DNA of 64,000 nucleotides from the human T2T-CHM13v2.0 reference genome, Homo sapiens. The translations under genes were made by a program, and so were the position numbers. Position 1 is the first letter of the stretch, and the number at the start of each line of letters is the position of its first letter. Where the stretch lies: the NCBI RefSeq assembly GCF_009914755.1, contig NC_060930.1; one strand, 5' to 3'. Of the stretch, positions 45,876 to 64,000 are shown in pieces. The notes under the pieces are model-generated. The model was not told where the DNA came from, ran no database searches, and worked only from the letters and a program-made list of their open reading frames with translations.

Positions 45876-46430
45876 CTATGGACAGATGAATATATATTCT
45901 GAGGTAAATGAATTTGACTTTGTACTTTTAATGTAATTTTCCCCCAATTCTTGTGATACAGCATGTCTCAGAAAGATTAAAACTGGTATCAGATGGCCGA
46001 ATAGGAACAGCTCCAGTCTACAGCTCCCAGCGTGAGCGACGCAGAAGACGGGTGATTTCTGCATTTCCAACTGAGGTACCAGGTTCATCTCAATGGGGAG
46101 TGTTGGAAAGTGGGTGCAGGACAGTGGGTGCAGTGCACCAAACGTGAGCCGAAGCAGGGCGAGGCATTGCCTCACCCGGGTAGCGCAAGGGGTCAGGGAA
46201 TTCCGTTTCCTAGTCAAAGAAAGTGGTGACTGATGGCACCTGGTAAATTGGGTCACTCCCACCTTAATACTGCACTTTTCCAACAGTCTTAGCAAACTGC
46301 ACACCAGGAGATTATATCCCGCACATGGCTCGGAGGGTCCTACACCCAAGGAGCCTCGCTCATTGCTAGCACAGCAGTCTGAGATCAAACTGCAAGGCGG
46401 CAGCACAGCTTGGGGAGGGGCGCCTGCCAT
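45876..46430 (-). CDS. L1 ORF0-like antisense ORF, 184 aa, last 38 aa from TSD and flanking DNA (open frame; expression unknown)
   Basis: MAGAPPQAVLPPCSLISDCCASNERGSLGVGPSEP matches the ORF0 N-terminus; context gcaATGG; no stop until 45878-45876. Confidence 0.5.
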   Translation of the reverse strand: MAGAPPQAVLPPCSLISDCCASNERGSLGVGPSEPCAGYNLLVCSLLRLLEKCSIKVGVTQFTRCHQSPLSLTRKRNSLTPCATRVRQCLALLRLTFGALHPLSCTHFPTLPIEMNLVPQLEMQKSPVFCVAHAGSCRLELFLFGHLIPVLIFLRHAVSQELGENYIKSTKSNSFTSEYIFICP

Positions 46431-47005
46431 TGCCAAGGCTTGAGTAGGTAAACGAAGCAGCCGGGAAGCTCGAACTGGGTGGAGCCCACCACAGCTCAAG
46501 GAGGCCTGCCTGCCTCTGCAGACTCCACCTCTGGGGGCAGGGCATAGCCAAACAAAAGGCAGCAGAATCCTCTGCAGACTTAAATGTCCCTGTCTGACAG
46601 CTTTGAAGAGAGTAGTGGTTCTCCCAGCACGCAGCTGGAGATCTGAGAACGGACAGACTGCCTCCTCAAGTGGGTACCTGACCCCCGAGTAGCCTAACTG
46701 GGAGGCACTCCCCAGTGGGGGCAGACTGACACCTCACATGGCCAGGTACTCCTCTGAGACAAAACTTCCACAGGAACGATCAGGCAGCAACATTTGCTGT
46801 TCACCAATATCTGCTGTTCTGCAGCCTCCACTGCTGATACCCAGGCAAACAGGGTCTGGAGTAGACTTCCAGCAAACTCCAACAGACCTGCAGCTGAGGG
46901 TCCTGACTGTTAGAAGGAAAACTCACAAACAGAAAGGACATCCACACCAAAACCTCATCTGCACGTCACCATCATCAAAGACCAAAGGTAGATAAAACCA
47001 CAAAG

Positions 47006-48022
47006 ATGGGGAAAAAACAGAGCAGAAAAACTGGAAACTCTAAAAATCAGAGTGCCTCTCCTCCTCCAAAGGAATGCAGCTCCTCACCAGCAATGGAACA
47101 AAACTGGACGGAGAATGACTTTGACTAGTTGAGAGAAGAAGGCTTCAGATGATCAAACTACTCCAAGCTAAAGGAGGAAGTTCAAACCCATGGCAAAGAA
47201 GTTAAAAACCTTGAAAAAAAATTAGACAAATGGCTAATGAGAATAACCAATGCAGAGAAGTCCTTAAAGGACCTGATGGAGCTGAAAACCAAGGCACGAG
47301 AACTACGTGACAAGTGCACAAGGCTCAGTAGCTGATTCGATCAACTGGAAGAAAGGGTATCAGTGATGGAAGATGAAATGAATGAAATGAAGCGAGAAGA
47401 GAAGTTTAGAGAAAAAAGAATAAAAAGAAATGAAAAAAGCCTCCAAGAAATATGGAACTATGTGAAAAGACCAAATCTACATCTGATTGGTGTACCTGAA
47501 AGTGAAAGGGAGAATGAAACCAAGTTGGAAAACACTCTGCAGGATATTATCCAGGAGAACTTCCCCAATCTAGCAAGGCAGGCCAACATTCAAATTCAGA
47601 AAATACAGAGAACACCACAGAGATACTCCTCGAGAAGAGCAACTCCAAGACACATAATTGTCAGATTCACCAAAGTTGAAATGAAGGAAAAAATGTTAAG
47701 GGCAGCCAGAGAGAAAGGTTGGGTTACCCTCAAAGGGAAGCCCATCAGACTAACAGCTGGTCTCTCGGCAGAAACTCTACAAGCCAGAAGAGAGTGGGGG
47801 CCAATATTCAACATTCTTAAAGAAAAGAATTTTCAACCCAGAATTTCATATCCAGTCAAGCTAAGCTTCATAAATGAAGGTGAAATAAAATCCTTCACAG
47901 ACAAGCAAATGCTGAGAGATTTTGTCACCACCAGGCCTGCCCTAAAAGAGCTCCTGAAGGAAGCACTAAACATGGAAAGGAACAACCGGTACCAGCCACT
48001 GCAAAAACATGCCAAATTGTAA
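47006..48022 (+). pseudogene. L1 ORF1p (338 codons) with in-frame stops
   Basis: ATG GGG AAA AAA CAG start; stops at 47126, 47150 and 47333; C-terminal part open (RPNLHLIGVPE...YQPLQKHAKL). Confidence 0.95.
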
Positions 48023-48085
48023 AGACCATGGAGGCTAGGAAGAAACTGCATCAACTAATGGGAAAAATAAGCAGCTAACATCATA

Positions 48086-51902
<3,817 letters not shown>

Positions 51903-52169
51903 ACAATGAGAACACATGGACACAGGAAGGGGAACATCACACACCAGGGCCTGTTGTGGGGTGGGGGGAGGGAGGAGGGATAGCATTTGGAGATACACCT
52001 AATGTTAAATGACGAGTTGCTGGCTGCAGCACACCAACATGGCACATGTATACATATGTAACTAACCTGCACGTTGTGCACATGTACCCTGAAACTTAAA
52101 GTATAATTAAAAAAAAAAAAAACTGGTATCAGTTCACATAGTGATTGGCTTAGGACTTGCAAAGAGTAG

Positions 52170-52487
<318 letters not shown>

Positions 52488-52539
52488 TGGTTGAACTATT
52501 CTCAGACAATATGATGTCATATTCATGTGTAACATGTCA

Positions 52540-58070
<5,531 letters not shown>

Positions 58071-58827
58071 TTTAATTTTTAAAAGGTGAATACAGTTAAA
58101 CTTAGCTTTGTGCATTAGAAATGTACCCACAAAATTGTATGCAACTTAATTTTTTGGTAAATAAAATTGTTTCAGTTGCATTAAAATAATGATCCATTTA
58201 AACCTTTCAGTAAATCTTTTTGGTAAAGCAACAAATCTTAGGACAATAAGAATCATCTCTGCATTGAAATTGGCAATGAGATTAGGTATCTTTATGCTTG
58301 ATTTTGCTTAAAGCAGGACACATCTGTAGAACTGCCTTCCTACAAATTAATTTGACTTGTCTCAATGATGGATTTATAACAGTATCAGATACTGATATTT
58401 CCACCCAAACTCTCTAACTTTTACCTCCTTTAAGGTGCTATAATTAATGAAATGTATTTGTTTATAAGCTTCTCACATATTAATAAAAACTTTACAACAA
58501 ATTGATGCTCTTTGAAAACATTTCTCCCTTGTATTTTGTGGGAAGAAAACAGCAAATAAAGTAGATTTGTCAGTTGACCCAGTAATAGAAAATAGTATGA
58601 ATAAATTAGAATTGCAGAGATATCTGATGGTTTCTGAAATAAATGATTGAATGAAACCTAAATATTATACTTTTAAAAATACATGTTGATCTGATCTTCA
58701 TTGTTTTATTAGTAACATAAATAAACTATCATGGTATGCTTAAACAGTTAAATGTTTTTGTCAGCCTGAAAGTTAATAGTTTTCTTTCTTTCTTTCAAGA
58801 CAGCATTATTAATAACATATTATTTCA

Positions 58828-58942
58828 AGTTGACTAGCCCTAAAAGGTATCTTATTCTCCAGTCAAGTTTGCATGAACTTTATGGATAGTGCTAACTTGA
58901 CTGGAGAAATAGGAGATCTTTCAGGCTTATGTTAGTTAACTG
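58828..58942. other. Long imperfect inverted repeat (hairpin)
   Basis: Perfect 15-bp arms ttctccagtcaagtt (58855-58869) / aacttgactggagaa (58894-58908) with further outer pairing. Confidence 0.8.
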
Positions 58943-59929
58943 ATCAACATACTTTGATCACTAATGGTCTTTGAACTGTTTGAATGACAGTGCTCAGTGG
59001 AGTGGTTTCACTCATAGGTATAATTTTTACTAATTACAAAGTAGACCTTGGCCTTCAGTGAAAACAATGTCTATATTGATTTAATTTATATTGTAGGAAC
59101 TGTAACAATAAAATAAGAGTAACATAAGAAGAGACACGGCTATATGATTTTCTTAAACCTTTTGTGGATGAAGGTGAAAAATAAATGAGGCATCTATGTT
59201 TACTTAAATGATTAAAAAGTACATTTTGATCAGATGAGGCAATGTATGCTAATGTACTCTTTTTAAACGATAAAGCATTACACAAATGTAAAGCATTGCC
59301 ACAACCTGAGCCACCTCTAAGCTTCACCTTCCTGTTTTATCAAAGAAGGAGACCATGAGGCTGAGGCAGAGGCCTGGAAAAAGATGGATTCAGTGGCAGA
59401 TACCTGGTTTTGATTTGGCTTCTTTGATATAGTCTCTTTCCTACTGAAATACTTTACCGTCTCATATCAACTGATATGATAATTTACATATTGTTTACCT
59501 AAACAATGTACTCACATGATAGGCTTTCTTTTGGCTGGTAACTGAGCAAAGAGTATTGACAATGAATAATGCCTAATGTGTTGTGTTCTGCAGTATGGAA
59601 AACTTTTTCCACTACATTAACCCATAATCCTCTCAAAAGCCATTTGAGGGTGGCATTTTTCATGCCTTTGTAGAAATAAAGAATATTGGAGTTAAATATG
59701 ATTAACCCAAGATCTCATCCCTAGTAGTGGCAGATCCAAAAATTCAATGCAAAATCATGAGTTCTTTATACCACCCCACACTACAGGTAGTTTTGGCTCA
59801 TTTCCACCAAGGCAAAATGCTGTTCAATATTTGACTCATCATGAGAACCTTTATAAGGAGATTGAGAAAAACAGAAAAGCAGAAAACTCAATTTGCTCAT
59901 TTGTAACTCCTATGAATGGAGGGGTAGAT

Positions 59930-61965
59930 TAAAATCTTAGTAATAAGAAAATTTGGATTGTCCACATACTCTTACAATCTGTGAAGCTATATAAACAAAT
60001 GATTACAATTTATAAAAAACAACTGAATGGTTACTACATGACCAACTTTCCCACAGATAACAATTACAGTGCTGAACAAAATGCAAAAATCAACTATCTG
60101 AAGGTACTGCAGAATGGCCAAAACCAAGCAGCAACTGAAGGAAAATCTATACTAGGAAGAAGAGTGAATTTTCTGCTTTTATGACTTTGACAAGCATACA
60201 CTAGAGTCTATCACATAGATCAGCTAAAACTCATGTTTAGAGCAATCTGGCTCAATGTATCATACATCAGAGTTGGGGTGACAAAGGCACCTTGAAAGTG
60301 AGAAGCGGGAAACCTCAGACAGGATTGAGTGAGAACAGAAGCTCCAGATTCTGCATATAAATCGTCCAAATATTTGACTGACCGCTAAATTATGCATGTG
60401 TAGTTCAGCTTTTAAGCAACCTAATTAAGAATAAAATAACTGAACACAAATTTCAGCTGCCATGTACCACAGAGAAAATAAGAGTTTTTTGTTTTATTTC
60501 ATCCAAGCTAACAGGCTGCTAAAACAAAACAAAACAAAAACACTCTTTGGAGGAATATAACAGAATCCAGAGATTCTATTATTTACAATATCCAGGACAT
60601 AATCCAAAATTACTAGGTATATGAGGAGACAGAAAAATGTGACCTATACTTAAAAGAAAATGCAATCAAGGCAGAATGACTCTAAGATGACCCAGGTTTC
60701 AGAATTTGCCTACAAAGAGTTTAAAGCAGCTATTATAACCTTAATCAAATATGTAAAGGAACATAAACTCTTAATAAATGAACACATAGGAAATCTCAGC
60801 AGATAAATGAAACTATATAGAAAAAGAACCAAATGGAAATTTCAGAACTAAAAAATACACCATCTGAAATTGCATTTCTGATGGGCTTAGCAGCAGTTTG
60901 AAGATGACAGAAGAACCAGTAAACTTGAAGCTGGAACAGTATATATTATCCAATGTGGAAAACAGAGAGAAAAATATCAGGGAAAAAAGAGGCAGAACCT
61001 CAAAAATATGTGGGACAATATCAAGAGGTCTAACATTTTAAAAATTGAAGTATTAAAAGGGAAGAAGAGAATGGGCAAAAAATATGTGAAGAAACAATGG
61101 CTGAAAATGTTCTAAATTTGGTGAAAGTTATAAATTTACAGATTCAGGAAGCTCAGTAAACCATAATCAAGATAAATACAGACATATACTAATTAAACTA
61201 CTAAAAACCAAGAACAGAGAGAAAATCTTAAAAGCAGCCAGAGAAAATGGTATATTACATACAAATTAGGTCCAATTTGAGTTATTGCTGACTTCTCATA
61301 AGAAATTAGAAAATTGATTATTTTTAGAGTGCTGAGAAGAAAAAAAAAACCAGCAAACTTGTCAACCCAGAACTGTATACCTACTGAAAATATTTATAAA
61401 GAATTAAGGTACAATAAAGACATCTGCAGATAAATCTTTAACAAACTTCCAGGTGAAGAGACATGACATGAGACAGGAATGAAGAGCACTGGAAATAAAC
61501 GTGTGAGTAAATATAAAAGACAATTTTTTCCTCTTATTTCTTTAAAATACTAAAGAATTTTAAAAGAAAATATGAAAAATTTTGTGTGGGGTTTATAACA
61601 TATAAATGTAATCTGCATAAAAATTGTAACATAAAGCACCAGATAGTTGACAAACGGACCTAGATAATTGCAGGAATCATATGCAAGGGTTTATATGAAT
61701 TGGTATATTTACTCTAACTGGACTGTGAAAATTTAAGGATGCATATTATATTCCCTAGAGCAATCACGATAGCTAGAAAGCCAATAGATAAAGTGAGATT
61801 ATAAAATATATTTATTTACTTAAAAGATGTCAAAAAAGGAGGAACAGAGGAACAAAAATCAGATGGTACACATGGAAAACAAATAATAAAATAATAGATT
61901 TAAGTCCAAATCATCTGATAATTATATGAAATGTAAATGGACTAAACATTTCAACCAAAAAGCAA
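59930..61965 (+). mobile_element. Old L1M 5' region/ORF1 fragment
   Basis: 'aaccaaatggaaatttcagaactaaaaaatac', 'aaaatcttaaaagcagccagagaaaa', 'aatgtaaatggactaaac'. Confidence 0.8.
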
Positions 61966-62594
61966 GGGATGGGGACAGAATTTCAACTTAAATAGTAATA
62001 TGAATCAAAGAGATTTTAGGGTAATTACTTTGGATCTGATCATAAACATTGCTGACTTCTAAACTAATGTATCCATGTAATTCTGCAGGCTCTCAGGTTT
62101 CTCAAATGGTTTGAGTGTAGCCTTCCCTTATAGCACAGATACATAATCTTCAGGAAATATCCATAAACTCAACCTTGGAGAATCATGAGTTGGGATCTGA
62201 GTGCTTCTTCTCTGAGAGAGGGCTTTGGGATTCATATACAAATTGACCTATCTTTCTATTATCCAGATTTGTATATCATTAAGATTTAATTTGCTATTTG
62301 ACCTGTTATCTAAATACCTCAAATAATCTCTTACAGGACAAAAAGTCATCCTCTCTAGATCAAGAAAAAAAAAGCTGTATCACACTACAATAGTACTATG
62401 ATTTATAAGTTCCTTGATAGCTGCCTTTCTTTCAGTAAGACTGAAAGCCCTGTCTTGTTCTTTTTTGTCTCTCCAGCAAATTAACCCAGTGCCTGGCATG
62501 TAGTGAACAAGTAAATATTTATTGAGCAACTAATACAACATGATCCCTAACCCTAGATGTAATTTGCAACTTGTTGGATACATTCACCTGTATA

Positions 62595-63660
62595 CTTTTT
62601 AATTTTTAGAATTAATTTTAGTGATATATATATCTTATGTAATAGTTTCTTATTTTAACTATACAGTCTGATGAAAAAAGTATATACCCACATAACTACA
62701 CCACAATCAAGATATATAATATTTCCATCGCCCACTTCCCCTACAAATTCTCTGTTTTTCATCATCAATCTTTATCACCACAATCCCTCCTACAACCCAA
62801 CTAACAGGTTCTAGACCACTGATTTAGGTTGTGTCACTTTATATTAGTTTGCATTTTCCAGAATTTTATATACATGGGATCATATAGTATGTACTCATTT
62901 GTGTTTGCCTTGTACACAACATAGTTTTTGCGATTTATGCACATTGCTACATGTATTAGTAGCTTGCTCCTTTTAGTTGAATGCTAGTCCATTGTTTCAC
63001 TATACTACACTGTATCCGTCTGTTGATGAATATTTGGATTGTTTCCAGTTTGGGGCTATTATTAACAAAACTGCTATGCACATTTGTAAACAATCCTTGC
63101 TTGGACATATGTTTTCACTTTTTCTTGTGCAGATACCTAGGAGTAGAATGGGTAGATCATTAAGGTAGGCATATGATTACAATAAACTGCCAAATTGTTT
63201 TACAAAGTGGTTTTACCATTTTACACTTCCACCAGCAGTGTATGAATTCCAGTTGTTCCATTTTTTTATTTGTTTGAGACAGTGTCCTATGCTGTTGTCC
63301 AGGCTGAGTGCAGTGCCCAGCTCACTGCGGCCTCAAACTAACTAGGAGGCTCAAGTGATCCTTCCACCTTAGCCTTCTGAGTAGCTGGGACTACAGGCAT
63401 ATGCCACTATGCCAGGCTAATTTTTTATTTTTTGTAGAGGTGGGTGTCTCCCTATGTTGCCCAGGCTGGTCTTGAACTCCTGGCCTCAAGCGATCCCTCC
63501 ACCCCATTCCGCCTGGGCCTCCCTAAGTGTTGGAATCAGGTGTCAGCCACTCTGCCGGGCCAAGTTGCTCTATATCTTCAGTAACATTTGGGATTGTCTT
63601 TTTTTTTTTTTCTTTAATTTTAAGTCATTCTAGTGGTTAGGCGGTGGTATGTCACATTAA
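62595..63660 (-). mobile_element. L1M (MC/ME-type) 3' end interrupted by AluJ
   Basis: 'ttggattgtttccagtttggggctattattaac', 'ccattttacacttccaccagcagtgtatga'. Confidence 0.85.
63261..63561 (-). mobile_element. AluJ
   Basis: 'ctcaagtgatccttccaccttagcc', 'ctatgttgcccaggctggtcttgaactcctggcctcaagcgatcc'. Confidence 0.9.
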
Positions 63661-63907
63661 AATTCACATGCCCAAACCTCTGAATCCCCATTTACAAGAA
63701 TCCCTATCTTACACGCTAACACTTTGGATTTTCACTTAAAAAAATTAATGATATCATGCTCAAAAAATTAATGATAAAGCAACAACAGACCACTAAGTAT
63801 TTATCATTCTCCTAACTTCAGAGAGTAAGCTTCATGAGGCTAAGACCTATCTTGTTTTTCTTACATTTCTAGTATCTAGCACAATGCCTGGTGCATAGTA
63901 TGTACCT

Positions 63908-64000
63908 TTATTAGTTATTTGTTGCTGTGTAATAAATTACTCCAAATCTTAGCAGCTTAAAGCAACAAACATTTACTGTCTCACATAATTTCTGAGGGGC
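63908..64000 (-). mobile_element. MLT1-type LTR, cut by the window edge
   Basis: 'ttagttatttgttgctgtgtaataaattactccaaatcttagcagcttaaagcaac'. Confidence 0.75.

Noticed and set aside
45843-45894. 'cagatgaatata' repeated 40 bp apart
   Set aside because: Short AT-rich repeat with no element between the copies
51958-51979. G-quadruplex-like tract
   Set aside because: Standard feature of L1PA 3' UTRs

Overview
Primate (human-like) non-coding genomic DNA, intronic or intergenic; I cannot name the locus and see no recognisable cellular protein-coding exon, tRNA or rRNA. Roughly half the window is interspersed repeat: 18 Alu/FLAM copies, a near-full-length L1PA3-5-type LINE-1 (45993-52118, perfect 14-bp TSD, ORF1 and ORF2 inactivated), an older near-full-length L1MA-type element behind it, an L1PB with a nested Alu and L1PA, MaLR LTRs (including MSTB nested in MLT1F), DNA-transposon fossils (MER30, MER44, MER5, MER20, MER96-like), and MIR/L2 fragments. 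Subfamily calls come from remembered consensus sequences, not a RepeatMasker run, and boundaries of old fragments are approximate. Best leads: the antisense L1 ORF0 stays open and reads through the element's 5' end into flanking DNA (184 aa); two isolated exon-like units (a + strand microexon and a 128-nt - strand exon); a TGACA motif cluster; a ~115-nt hairpin; local tandem duplications, one preserving an Alu empty site; and two atypical retrotransposon junctions. Nothing here demonstrates a new biological system; these are hypotheses to test.
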